A stretch of 58,848 nucleotides of DNA, counting the filler, from Sphacelaria rigidula (Eukaryota), in the NCBI GenBank assembly GCA_964200075.2. It is 7 parts of 7 records of this genome, joined end to end, with 100 filler letters (N's around TTAATTAATTAA, not from the genome) between each part and the next. Parts side by side here need not be neighbours in the genome. Positions count along the whole stretch, not along the records: positions 33,686 to 42,006 come from CAXNAA020011530.1; positions 42,107 to 50,427 come from CAXNAA020011531.1; 5 more parts are not named here. One strand, given 5' to 3'. Shown in pieces: positions 35,020 to 46,924 of this stretch (the first letter of the stretch is position 1; the number at the start of each line of letters is the position of its first letter). The position numbers were made by a program, and so were the translations under genes. The notes beneath the pieces were generated by a model. It saw only the letters and a list, made by a program, of their open reading frames with translations, had not been told where the DNA came from and searched no databases.

Positions 35020-35574
35020 TGGATCATAGACACTTTTATTGAGTGAAATTGATGCCACTTCAACAGATGGCCTAATTTTCGCCGTCAAATGGTTGATGGA
35101 AAGCGGCGGGAAAAAAATTGTCGTGTCGTCTGATGCCGGTTCGATTTTTAAAATAACTTTTTGTTTTGTTTCGTTTTCAGCCCGAAGAGCAACATGGATG
35201 ATAAGTATGTACGAAGGCTCAACACAAGGCATCACAATCAAAAGTGAACCTGAGGAACTGACCGCCCCCGCAAACCAAGAACCCATATAGTGGCAACGAA
35301 TTTGACCATTTGACCGCCATGATAGGTTATCTGTTTTTGAATCGGCATCAGTTACTTGGACTTCACAAATAACAGCGTGGTCGAGATGACCTACCCTACC
35401 GGTCAAAGGATTAACCCTTTTGCAACGGGATCCCCAGAAACATGTGATATGCACACAGGGGCCTTTGTATGAATCGGCATCATTTTTAATCGTTTCCAAC
35501 TAAAAATAGTACCGATTCATGGAAACGCCCCTGCGTGCAAACCACATGTTTCTACGATTCCGGTCCCAAAAGGG
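35020..35574. mobile_element. TTAA-target (piggyBac-like) MITE group, including a hairpin element at 35415-35574
   Basis: TTAA-CCCTTTT...AAAAGGG-TTCA. Shares GTGAAATTGATGCC / GAATCGGCATCA motifs with the 40125-41070 cluster. Confidence 0.65.
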
Positions 35575-35637
35575 TTCAAACAGTACAAATGAACTGAAGT
35601 CAAGACCATGATGCGATATTCATGCTGATGCAGTACT

Positions 35638-36212
35638 TGTGTGCCTTACGTGTAACACAGAAGAGAGGTCAACACAGGAAATTCTGTGGTGGTCGCCTTA
35701 CTTTTTCATCGCGAGAGGGGTTCAGTGGTTTCTTTCGCTCGTCGACCGTGAAAACGAATTCTGTCTACTCACGACACACTGTAAACAATGTTTCGTGAGA
35801 TTGAGAATAGAAGATGCGATTGAGAGTGAAAAGCGGTCAATTAGTCAATGAATCGTTTCAGTTCCGAAATGCGCCTCCACGAGGCTCAAGATGCTCTCTG
35901 TACTGTAGGAGCTTGCCACTGAGACCCTTGATGCCCCTGAGCAAGATATCGACGTGTAGCTGCATGCAGACGTCAGTGCTAGAGGCGAAGAAAAGCACGC
36001 ACGAGATGAAAAATTGGCTTCGTTGAAGCGAATAGTCAAAGCCACTCTCAATCAGCGCTCTACTCTCAATCTCACCAAAACATTGTAGGCGCCGTCCACT
36101 GTTGAACGGTGTGAGATGAAATTCCAGATCGTGTGACTGCACTGAGGTTCGAACCGACGACCCAACCGTCATAAGGTTTGGGGGTTACCAACTGAGCCAC
36201 CAGAGCGACCGT
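35638..36212 (-). mobile_element. SINE family B split by a MITE insertion
   Basis: The 3' part (35638-35777) and the 5' tRNA head (36087-36212) rejoin as in the 11110-11130 copy (CACGACA-TA-GTCGC). Confidence 0.75.
35786..36085. mobile_element. MITE family C (~300 bp, ~43-bp TIR), nested in the SINE
   Basis: CAATGTTTCGTGAGATTGAGA... / ...TCTCAATCTCACCAAAACATTG-TA. Copies at 39794-40089 and 51557-51853. Confidence 0.85.
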
Positions 36213-36469
36213 CTGCCGACTAAAATATGAAAAATAGAAGCCGACACCTCATGACGAAAAAACGCATGTATGGCAGAGCAGAAGCAGCAGCAACAACAAC
36301 AGCAGTCCAGAGACAGGAAAAGAGAGGGACAGTCGAGACGATTCGACATGCGGGCAAGATCACAACATGCTTCCCGTGTGCGCCGAGATTGGACGGAGAG
36401 TCGTTCCGCGATTCAATTTTCAAGTGACCTGTATACGGTAAGGGGTGGCATCTCCGATGGTCAAAGGGT

Positions 36470-36955
36470 CACCAAAGAGACCCCGTTTCGCCGTATTCTA
36501 AAAGCTTGTGAAAAAGTGCACCTGTCTCAGAGCCTTTGGGAACAGTTCTGACAGTCCTGTGTGCGGTGTGACATGGACGCACGAAGGGTCTACCACCATG
36601 ACGAGGAAAGAAGGCGGAAAACACTATGCAGAGCACTGCCGTGGAAGCGATGCTCCCGAAACCTCCTGAAGGGGAACCATGCAGTGTCGCTTTGTCAGAG
36701 CTTGAGAGAACGAAATGACCCCGTTCGCTGTACTCTAAAATCAAGTAAGAGCAAATGCTCGCCTCTCTGAGCTTCAGAGAACGACCGAATGAGAGCAAAT
36801 GCTGGCCTCTCAGAGCTTCTGAAAATGACCGAATGACACCGTTTCGCATACTCTGAAATTAAGTGTGAGCAAATGCTGGCCTCTCAGAGCTTGTGGGAAC
36901 GACGGAATGACCCCGTTTAGCCGTACTCTAAAATCAAGTGAAAAAAGTGCACCTG
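36470..36955. repeat. Degenerate tandem repeat (GAGCAAATGCTGGCCTCTCAGAGCTT / GACCCCGTT..TACTCTAAAATCAAGT)
   Basis: Motif blocks recur 4-5 times. Confidence 0.75.
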
Positions 36956-38940
36956 CATCCAAGGCTCTTCAACGGCGAGAAAGCTGAAATAAATAATTCC
37001 TACAAGGTTTTTGGCGCTTCGCGCCCCCGCTCAATGGAGCGTTACCCAAGGCAAAGGATAACGTGGAGTGTTCGGTGCTGAACCTATGATTTGCAGATGA
37101 TTCGGTATTCTAAAGTAAAAAATGGATCCTAAAAAGAGGATGCGTGTGGGTTGGCGACCGCACAGCGGGCGTAGAACTGCCCGTGCAAGCGAAATAAGAC
37201 AACCTTCCAGCGAAAAAAAATAAACCCCATCTAGTTGCAAAAGTTACCTGCCAGCAGGGCTCCGCGCCCGCGGGGTAACATGTGCATTGAAGTGCGCAAC
37301 TTGATTTAAGTAGAGGGCATTTATCTGTTTCAGAGTCATGGCCTGCTTAACTCCTCAAAATTGAAAAAAAAAAGGTTGGGAACTTACACAGAGGCAGTGC
37401 TGTACTACTGCTGATGAATGTAGCGGAGCCTGCCGTGATTTAGGGTGACACCATGATGCGAAGTCGGGTACTTGCGGCTTGCCCTGTTTTTCAGTTGGAC
37501 GTACTATAATTACCACTGCAATGCACTTGTGCACCGTAATATTTGTGCAGTCATATGCTCCTCTGTAGCTACTGTCTGCTACAGTATATACCCCACTTTG
37601 ATCCATTTGCGCCGCGGCAGTCTAATATCGAGCTTGCATTGCTCTGTACTCTACTGCATCGCACTGGAATGTACCTTGACTACTCTCAGTAGCAGCACTG
37701 TGTGGTGACCGTAGCAATTTCAACAATGCAGTAGGTGCGCTATCGTAACTCCCCTGTACCGATGCGCATTGGTCCATACGTCTGTTTTCGAAGTACTCAT
37801 GAGTCGGTAGAGCCTGCGGCTGATCACTGCGACTGAAAAAATCCACGTCAAGCCACGTCATATCACCTTCCAATGTGAAGTGAAGTTTTAACGCTTCCAT
37901 TCTGCACTACGAATATGCTCAGAATTTGTTCCCGCCGAAACTCTCTAATTTTGATGGATAATTCCAGTGCATAGCTACCGGTCAATGGCACCGTGGCCTT
38001 TCCGACTGCCTCGCCGTTTCACAGGGAGGTCAAGAAGATTATATTGATTCTAGCTCGGGCCGACATACACGTGCAGGCAATATCATCTTGTTCACTTCAC
38101 GGGGTCGTTGCTTGGCATGGAAGCGAGGGATGGGTGAATCGTATGAAGCCGCTTGCTCGTGTCTAACGAACAATCTCTCCGAAAAAGCCTGTTTGATGAA
38201 TCAGTGCCGATTTCCGCTGGCATACGTGGTCCGGTGGATTATGTCACTTCATGAAGAATTGCCACTGTATTCTCTGGGAGGATTATGACCCACTTTTTCG
38301 AACTTTCGTGCGCCCGGTCCGACTTTTGGCCGGATGAATAATTTGTCGACCAGTCCACGAAAACGGTTTCGCAGGTGACCGAGAAAGGCTAAAATTATCG
38401 GCTAAAAGTCAAAGTGGACGTACGAGAAGGTCGGAAAGGGCGCTGGAACCCTCTCGGAAAAGCACAGAAAGACTTCTCGAAATGGGACAATCGGCAAAGC
38501 CTCGAACCACTCGTGCTGCTTTTGTACCGTGGGGGAAAATGGCGCTGAATCCCCTAGCAAATCGTATTAGTACTACGTACGGCTTTTTTGGAGAAATTAT
38601 GTTGATACCTCTGATAAAATTCCGCTTGAATATTCGCGCCACAATTTCGTGACCCATTCTCACCGCACATCAGTTACATGCCAATAGAGTACAGTTGGTG
38701 GTTCTTCTTGTATCACCAGAGCTTCTTCAGTGCCAAATACGGTGCCAAAGACGATGCACATCCGCAACAACACCCACCATCCAAACAAACGGTCGGAAAC
38801 ATCTGAGACGGAAGCAAACACCACCAAGTAGAGATTCCGCAAAGCATTCGCTCCATCTTCAGAGGAAAAATCACGCCAAACGCCGTCACGAGTAACAACA
38901 GTAGAACGATCTACAGTGCTCCACCTGTTCCCAATATCAA

Positions 38941-39437
38941 ACCTTTGACCACGAGCATAGATAGGTCATGCGTTCGATCAGCATCAAACTAACTTGGAAA
39001 ATGAAAAAATGGAACATTTTTTTTTTTTCCCGGAACGGAAGGTTTTTCGTGATTTACTCCAACGCGGTCGGATCGTCCGAAACGGCCGTCACCCCGCTGA
39101 AAGCCCGTTATCTGACGGGAATTGTGGTGCGAGAACATTTGAAATAGATATGGTCAGTACAGAGTTATAAGGAAAAATGTCTCCAAATTAGGGGGGAAAA
39201 CAAATGCACATTTCAGCCGTATCTCATGTAAGGCGCCACCGCGATTTTAAATCTGATGGCGCTCAACTCCCTTCAGATCACGGGCCTTCAGGGGGGTGAC
39301 GGCCGTTTCGGGCGATTAAACCGCCTTGTTATAAATAACGAAAAACCTCCCGTTCCGAAAGCAAAATCCGTTCTGAATCTCGCAAACATGTTATCATAGC
39401 CAGGTGATTCACCTACCCTCGCGGTCAAACGATTGAA
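38941..39437. mobile_element. ~500-bp partly palindromic element with piggyBac-like (CCTTTGACC.CGAG) ends
   Basis: Internal arms at about 39030-39115 and 39272-39357 pair. A partial copy lies at 50665-50780. Confidence 0.6.
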
Positions 39438-39793
39438 CGATTCCGTTCAAGCTTTGGTTCGTGGCTGAACTCCTCGTACATATATCGAAAGGTATGCCCC
39501 ATGTGTTCGGCACCAAATCACAGCTGCTTCCGGGTACTTGAAAAACAAAACGCCCTTCGTGACGCAGAAAACAACTAGTGGATTACATCATTCAATTCAA
39601 CGCGACAAATTTCATTCTCTGGCAATTAGATGTTCGAACATCGTACACCACTACACTATTTGCAACTACGTGTGTACGGTAGTACTGTGCCATTTTTGCT
39701 TCATCTCACTCTATGACTCTTTTACTGTCCCCAAGAGCGCAGTGGCCATGGCTTGCTCGGTGCGCTCGGATTTAGATGCGCGGATATACGAAA

Positions 39794-40089
39794 CAGTGTT
39801 TTCGTGATATCGAGAGGAGAGGATGCGATTGAGAGTGAAAATCTGTCAATCAGTGAATACTTCGTATCAGTTCCGGAATGCCCATACACGAGGCTCAATA
39901 TACCTTCTGTAGTAGCTTGGCACTGAGGCCCATGACATCCCTGAGTAGGATATCGACGTGTAGCTGTAAGCACACGCCAGTGATGGAGGGAAAGAACATC
40001 ACACACGAAATGAATAATTGGCTAATTTGAAGCGATTGATCAAATTTACTCTCAATCAGCGCTCTACTCTCAAAATCACTTGAACGTTG
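39794..40089. mobile_element. MITE family C
   Basis: Colinear with 35786-36085. Confidence 0.85.
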
Positions 40090-40124
40090 GTACGAGTAGT
40101 GTGCTGGTGCATATGTCGTGTTAA

Positions 40125-41225
40125 CCCTTCGACGGCAAGGGTAGGTCATCTGTTGAATCGCCATCAATTTCACCTGAAAAAGTATGCATGATCCAGATAT
40201 GGACTACCCTCGCGGTCTAAGGGTTAACCCTTGGACCGCGATGCGGGTAGTCCATCTGCATAACGCATACTTTTTCAAGTGAAATTGATGCCGATTCAGC
40301 AGGTGACCCACCCTCGTCGTTAAAGGGCCAACTCTTTCGGAACCGGATCCCCAGAAACATGTAGAGTTTGCACTCAGGGGCCTTTTTGTGAATCGGCATC
40401 ATTTTCACTCGTTTTCGGGTAAAGATGATGCTGGCTCACAAAAAGGCCGCTGCGTGCAAGCCTCATGCTTCTGAGAATCCGGTCCCCAAAGGGTTAATGA
40501 TAATGGGAAATAATCTGACCCTGTGACCGCCGCCACATATAATATATCATTCATTGAATAGTCAATGGCCCAGATGGCCTACCCTGACGGTCACGCATAC
40601 TTTCCCCAGTGAAATTGATCGTGATTCAGCAGGTGACCGGGTCGGTTACCGGAATCAAGCATACTTTTCCACGTGAAATTGATGCCAATTCAACAGAGGA
40701 CCTACTCTCGCCGTCAAGGGGTTAACTGTTCATCATGGGTCATATACAGTCATACAAAGCGGTACAGAAGTAGGTGACTGATATGGTGTGCAGAAGAGAT
40801 TCTTGTCAACATGCGTGGCGTCGCGCACCACCGCCGACCACGGCTATCTGACTACGGTCACAGGGTTAACCCTCAGACCGCGATGCGGGTAGCCCATTTG
40901 GATCATAGTACGTTTCCCAGTAAAATTGATGCCGATTCAACAGGTGACCTAACCTCGCGGTCAAAGGGTTGACCGTTTGACTGCAAGCATCGGTCATCGC
41001 AATCAAGCATACATTTTCAGGTGAAATTGATGCCGATTCAACAGATGACTAACTCCGCCGTCAAAGGGTTTAGCTGTTTAACCGCGGCGGTTGTTCATCA
41101 TGGGTCATATACAGCCATACACAGCAGTACAGCAGGTATGCGGCTGATAAGATGTGTAGAAGTAATCGTTGTCAACGTGCCCGGCGTCGGGCACTTCCAC
41201 TGACCACGGCAATCCGACTACGCAA
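40125..41225. mobile_element. Cluster of abutting and nested TTAA-flanked mini-elements (piggyBac-like MITEs)
   Basis: Units 40125-40223, 40228-40327, 40332-40493, 40519-40865 and 40870-40968 have CCCT.../...AGGG-type ends separated by TTAA or degenerate TTAA. A ~210-bp block at about 40655-40857 is repeated at about 41001-41222. Confidence 0.75.
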
Positions 41226-41254
41226 AAGCCGAGAAGCCACACTCACAGATTTCG

Positions 41255-41567
41255 GAGTGACTGGTGAAACTGACCAGCGCCAAAGTCACTGTGTCAGACG
41301 GCTGAGAACGTCACTGGCACCGGAGAGACATAGAGCTTCCGTTGCATTGGCGGGTGAAGAGTAGGTCACTGGTTCCGGGGAAATAAGGTGCGTTAGATTT
41401 TAATGAGGGAAAAGTCGAACGGCTCGGCGCGTCACTGGTGTCGGGGATTTCACGCGTTCAATCCTAAGGAGGAGAGAGATGTGAAAAGTGCCACGGAAAC
41501 AGGTTGCGGTTATTCCGAGTAGGGGAACGTCAGATTATGGTGGCTAGGGAAGTCACTGGTCCCAGTG
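41255..41567. mobile_element. Possible CACTG-terminus (CACTA/CMC-like) element end with GTCACTGG subterminal repeats
   Basis: GTCACTG(G) recurs five times and the region ends ...GTCACTGGTCCCAGTG. The other end was not found. Confidence 0.35.
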
Positions 41568-41789
41568 TATATTCCGCGGAGAAACGGGCAAATTCCGCGA
41601 AGGGAAACGGGAAAGTGTGGGATATAGATTCCTAAAAAAGCACGGGAGAGAATAAACGGAATAATACTGGCCGCTGGTGCGTCGGACGTCGGAGGAATGC
41701 TGCGCTCTCAGGCCCTGTGATTGTTGCACTTGCGTCCAGAGACCCGGAATGCGGACAAACTTGGTGGATGAGAATAATATTTCGAACTC

Positions 41790-42006
41790 ACGAGCGTAAA
41801 GCATACTTCGTAACGAGGCGTCCACGAGATTCAATGTTGATTTTAGTGTGCAAGTTCCTCCGCACCCGCCCCGGGAGATGGCTGTTCGGGCCAATGCCAA
41901 TGCTAGGGGTCCGGTTAGCGGGTTCGTACTTTCCTTTGTGCGGGGGTACACATGCGTTCGTAACCGTTCGAACGGACGCGCGATCGCGGTGGCCCTGCAA
42001 TGTTCC
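41790..42006 (-). pseudogene. Probable Ty1/copia pol fragment (post-integrase SH3-like region)
   Basis: ACVPPHKGKYEP....SIGIGPNSHLPG..RRNLHTKINIESR resembles the copia KLxP....IFxG....G.....L.T..I..SR pattern. Confidence 0.4.
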
Positions 42007-42106
42007 NNNNNNNNNNNNNNNNNNNNNNNNNNNNNNNNNNNNNNNNNNNNTTAATTAATTAANNNNNNNNNNNNNNNNNNNNNNNNNNNNNNNNNNNNNN
42101 NNNNNN
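42007..42106. other. Artificial contig spacer
   Basis: 100 nt N/TTAATTAATTAA/N. Confidence 0.98.
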
Positions 42107-42175
42107 CGAAAGGGATGCGTGGTCAATGGTCAAACGACTAAGGCAAGCAACAAATGAGTACGCCCCCCCCCCTCC
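42107..42175 (-). repeat. Dispersed repeat family D
   Basis: Reverse complement of 260-330. Confidence 0.7.
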
Positions 42176-42954
42176 CCCCCCCAAACCAGCGGCAAAACAG
42201 CCGCGAAAATAGCCATACAGCGCATAGTAGCTGGTTTCAGGCTGCATGAAGCGCCTCATGTGAGCGATAGTGGCGAAAACGATCCTAGCGTAGGGTTTCC
42301 CGAGCTTCTCGGTGTGCTGGACGTTCGTCATTTTGATTGCAAGTAGATTTCGCCTATTCAGACCAGCCAGTTTTCTGCAGAGAGGGCTATCGCTGTAACA
42401 CTCCAGCATGGTGTGAAAAGTTGCGAAAGCTATGAAATTTAAAAAACAAATGTGCGGAGAATGTCCCGGTTGAAAGCTTTGTTTTCATTGAAAAGAGTAC
42501 ATATCTCCGGAAACTCGTTCCACTTCATCGATGTAAACTTTCTTGGAGTATAGATCTCCGTACTTGGACACTTCCGGGGAAACCGTCTTCGCGGGAAACC
42601 GTTCCCGTTTTCTCGGCGTTGCGACTTGGTCATTGGTTACTCAGATGGTGCATGAAGACTAAAAATGTCTCTCGAACTCTGTGTCTGATTATGTATATAC
42701 ACCGAGGAAACTTACGCTAACGAACAGACTGTGCTTCTGGAACTATTGAGTGTTTTTTTGTATTTTCCAACGATATAACCCGCCGGCGGTTGTTTTCCAT
42801 TGCTTCCGATCACTCATCCATCACCTTGCGACCATGAATGCATCCTGTACTCTATCGAACAGCGGCAGTACGCACGAACCGATCTCTGCGCTGCATGGGC
42901 ATGAAAATACGCCACCCGATTTTTCTTCTGCGTTTCCTTCTCGTTGCTCATTAT

Positions 42955-43480
42955 GGATTTATTTTTGCATTTGTATTTGCATTTGTGCTTGTAAATGTGT
43001 TTGTATTTGTATTTGCATTTGTGGTTTGTGGTTGTGGTGGTGGTTCGTGGTTGTATTTGTATTTGTTTTGCGTTTTGTTTTCGTTTTCGTTCTTGTTTCG
43101 ATTCCGTTCTGTTTTCTATTTTGTTCTCGTTTTCGTTATTGCAATTGTTTTTGTAACCGTTCATGTTTTGTTTTTGTTTCCGTTCTTGTCTTTTGTTTTG
43201 TTGTCTCTGTTTCATTTTTTGTCTTCGCTTTCCTGTTTGTGCTTGTTTTCGTTTTCGCTGTCATTTTTTGCTTTTAATATTTGTGTTTGCACTTGCTTTT
43301 TTTCCCCTCGCTTTTGTTTTCATTTGTGTTCTTGTTCTCGTTCTTGTTCTGTTTCGTTTTGGTTTCGGGTTTTGTACTGTTCTTTTATTGCTTTTTCTCT
43401 GCTTTGTTCCTGCTCTTGTTTTTTTTGTTTGGTTCTGTCCTGGTCTCTTCTCTTCTGTAATTCTATTCTATTCTATTTTA
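42955..43480. repeat. T-rich degenerate hexamer microsatellite (TTTG[CT]A, TTTTCG, TTCTTG)
   Basis: Direct observation. Confidence 0.9.
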
Positions 43481-43738
43481 GTTTACGCCATGCTACGTAA
43501 TCTGAAATCATGTTCTGTTCCGTTTTTTATCTGGTTATAATAGTCGGCGCTGTTACTGTTGTTGACGTTGTCTTTGTTTTTTCGATGCCGTAGGATATTT
43601 GGTATCCCGCTGCTGCAGAGTCCGTGCGGTTCCTGCGCAAATAGTGTGATCTTCAGATAGCTGAGACGCCACAGACTTCCACGGCCGTACTCGTTTGTTT
43701 TTTCACGACCCCCGTACCGGAATTCATGCGGCAGGGAC

Positions 43739-43784
43739 TTGTTGTGGTGGTGGTGGTGGTGGTAGTGGTGGTGATGTTGTAGTT

Positions 43785-43838
<54 letters not shown>

Positions 43839-43860
43839 GTTGTTGCATTCGTTGTTGTTG
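43739..43860. repeat. (GGT)n / (GTC)n / (GTT)n compound microsatellite
   Basis: Direct observation. Confidence 0.95.
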
Positions 43861-44752
43861 TTTTTCTCTTTAATTTTTTAGCCAACTGCTATGTTTGTTG
43901 TCTCCGTTATTTTTCATGTTTTCCTTTTTTTCTCGAGTTTCCTTGGCGAGCGTTCCGTTTATTCACCTTGGGTACGCCTACATTATGGATAATGACAACG
44001 GCTGCATTATCACTACTAGCGGATCAGTCAGTGAATGTACGAAAATCCATCGATCAAGCCTTCAAATGCACTCGAACATGAGCACGTACTCGCTCGCGCT
44101 TCCTCTGAATGAAAATTCACAGGGGAAACAATATATACTGCAAATCCATTGATGATGCTACTAGAACAGGAATGCAAAACCTGCAAAAATCGACAGCAGA
44201 TGCTTGCCGCCGCACTCCGTGGCCAAACTGGTTTGGGGCGAACTTCGAGCATTCGAAACGCCGACGGCAGATGGTCTTGAAAAATATTTTTGCCTTCGTG
44301 CAACCGTTCGGAATTTTTAGAACGTTTGTTCGGGGGAAGGGGTAACCAATCGATGGGAAAGCTGACGGGGTCATCCTATGCTACATAGGAGTACGTCGCA
44401 AGTCAAGTCGTGCGCGAGGGTAGGGATGAATCGGCCCGCGTGGGGACACGAACTCGGCCTGAAGAGGGGGAGGGGTCGAGAGTAAGACCAGAGAAATACA
44501 TTCATGTTTTGGATGAATTCTGTTGAGCGGTTGATTGGTTCCCATCACTACGGCATCACTTCCAGTAGTATCTGGGGACGAATATTCGCCCACCTGTGGA
44601 AAGGATGTTCCATGCGCTGTGATAGTATCGGTAGGGTGTCACCTACAGTACCTGTCGACATGGCTTTCGCGTATCTTTGACGCCAACAACAACAAGAGCT
44701 CCAAGAGAATCGGGGATACGATGCTCCGCAGACGACGGTGCTGGCGACGTAC

Positions 44753-44829
44753 CTGGAACTTATAGCACAGCTCCACGAAAGACCTCGCGCACGCCGAGCA
44801 ATGTTCCGCGTCCGATCTAGCTTGAGTGT
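44753..44829 (-). CDS. Exon of the contig-6 gene (DTQARSDAEHCSACARSFVELCYKFQ)
   Basis: ctaccccacgaag| acceptor and CAG|gtacgt donor. Phase 1 entry matches the previous exon. Confidence 0.55.
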
Positions 44830-45307
44830 CTTCGTGGGGTAGACGTTGAAGTGGATAGCCACCATGTGATTGCGAGGGGGTCAGCGGGTTGAGAGAGAGA
44901 GTATTCGATTCGGCTTCTAGCTATTCATTTTCTCTGTTGGGACAAAATACGTTTTATATTTACTTGGAGGGGAGAGATTCACCGGGAATCAGTAACCATG
45001 TGACGTGTTCGTAGGATGTGTTGGTGTCTCGATCAGGATCGCAGCACATCCTCAGCGGAATCCCGGCATTCCGGTAGGAATGCCAGGTCAACGGGCGAGC
45101 TTCTGCGGTATTATGAGCACCCCCGTCGTTCTCCATTCCCACGCGCAGAGTAGCTTCCCTACTGTTCAGCGACTGAGACACGCCCCGACCTTCCATGGTG
45201 CTCACGCTTGGATATCCCCAACACAGCTATAAAAGGCAAAAAAAATCAGAACGCAAGGCCGGGTGAGTAACAACAGCCGCCGAAATCCACACCGCGCAGA
45301 GTGTCAA

Positions 45308-45468
45308 CTGGCAACTCTGATTATAGCCAGATGTTACCTGCGAACTGTCAACAGTTCTCCTCGAACACACTGTACACGTTTTCCAATGGCAATTCTGATT
45401 GTTACCAGACGTTATCTACGTGCTGTCACCGGTTTCCCTTGAACACCCACAGAACGCGTCTCCAATGA
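45308..45468. repeat. Two-copy tandem duplication (~78 bp)
   Basis: TGGCAA.TCTGATT....CCAGA.GTTA.CT.CG..CTGTCA...GAACAC...TCCAA occurs twice. Confidence 0.7.
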
Positions 45469-45786
45469 TCTACGCTCGTAATTTGGAAGATACGTGGTCC
45501 TTTAGATCGAAGGGAATTATATATCTACTGGAAAGTATGGTTTTCATCGCAATTTAACTGAACGGTGTACTGTGGCCCTTCTTTTATCTCAGTTCCGAAG
45601 GTATTTTTTTGCGATCTTACCGTTTCTTTTCCCTCTCCAAGGCATTTTTTCTACCGGGATGTGTCTCTTTCGGTGCGAAGGCATCTCTTTCTGTCCAACG
45701 TGATTTCTCGCTAGACGAAGAAATTTATTTTTGTCTTGCGTGTCTCTCCATCTGTCGTGAGGGACTCAACTTCTGCTCTCATGTAC

Positions 45787-46009
45787 CTCTTTCTGTGCGA
45801 AGATAGCTCTCCATATCGACGAAGGCGGTGCCGAATTCCTTGTCCATCTCTATCTTGAGCTGCAGCAGTCGGGCGATCAACCCCGCCTGCAGTCGCTCCC
45901 GCATAACGACCAGCTGATTGGTAGCGGACACCGCCTTTATACTGCTTGCGCTGGTGTTGCGAGGGTCAACCTGACGAAATCTTCGAAACATTCGCTCGAT
46001 CGTTTCGAC
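45787..46009 (-). CDS. Exon of the contig-6 gene (VETIERMFRRFRQVD...DMESYLRTER), helical, function unknown
   Basis: tatcag| acceptor, G|gtacat donor, open frame, phase 0 in and phase 1 out. Confidence 0.7.
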
Positions 46010-46304
46010 CTGATACGCGCTGCCGCATCATATACAACCGGGGGGCGAAATGCACAGAATAACCTCATGTTTTTGTTGATGCTAGACACGTAGCGGAGTC
46101 ACTCAAGCCGTGTGAAAAAAGACACACCAACTACACATTCGACTTGCGCTGAACATCTGGGTACTCTCGGCAAACTGCTGAGGGCAGGGGTCATGGCTGG
46201 GGCTTGGGCTAGACACGTAGTTTGCGCTTCTTTTCCAGATACTTGCGTTCCACCTCCGAGCAGCTTATGTGCGATTACTATTGTAGCGTCAGGAATAGAG
46301 CTAT

Positions 46305-46420
46305 AGTTAGGGTTAGAGTCAGAGTTAGAGTCAGGGTTAAGGTCAGGGTTAGGCTTGGGCCTAGGGTTTGGTTCAGGCTTAGGCTCCGGGTTAGGTAGGA
46401 CTAGGGCTAGGCCTAGGACC
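46305..46420 (+). repeat. Degenerate interstitial telomere-like tract (TTAGGG/TCAGGG variants), intronic
   Basis: GTTAGGGTTAGAGTCAGAGTTAGAGTCAGGGTTAAGG... Confidence 0.8.
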
Positions 46421-46451
46421 GAAAGGCTTGGTTGTTCTACCTTTGAGCAAC

Positions 46452-46604
46452 CTCGTTGTTGACGGCGGCCGAATCGGCGGGGGTTTCTCCGTTCGACGGA
46501 GGGAGGAGACGAGCGGCGCAAGTGTTGAGCGCTCGTACATCGGCCTTCAAGAGCATGATGAGAGAGTTGGCCTTCTTGAGGCAATCCTCGTCGGTGGCCA
46601 CCGC
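46452..46604 (-). CDS. Exon of the contig-6 gene (AVATDEDCLKKANSLIMLLKADVRALN...AAVNNE)
   Basis: cccag| ... GAG|gttgct, 51 codons, joins 45787-46009 in frame. Confidence 0.65.
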
Positions 46605-46924
46605 CTGGGTTTGTTTATTTACATTTCGAGTTCGCCGTGAATGAGAGAGAGAGGTAGCAGTGCAGAGGGGAGGGAGAGCATATGGTCACTGAAAAGGCAC
46701 CATCCATTGTTTATGCATTAGCATCGAAGAACATGTTTTTTTTGCAAAAGCTCTTTAGAGATCTCCAAGCGGCCCGTTCTGATCGACTCCTGCCGCTGGC
46801 GGTAGCTCTATCATCACGGACACAGTACTGATTTCGCCGTTTGCTCGTCTCCGCCGGCCTAAGAACGCCACCCCCGCCAACCCACGGCACTTTTTTCTCT
46901 CCGACACGCCCCAGGGTGTCACTG

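Noticed and set aside
42750..43540. Hydrophobic or Lys/Gln-rich ORFs
   Set aside because: Artefact of a T-rich microsatellite.
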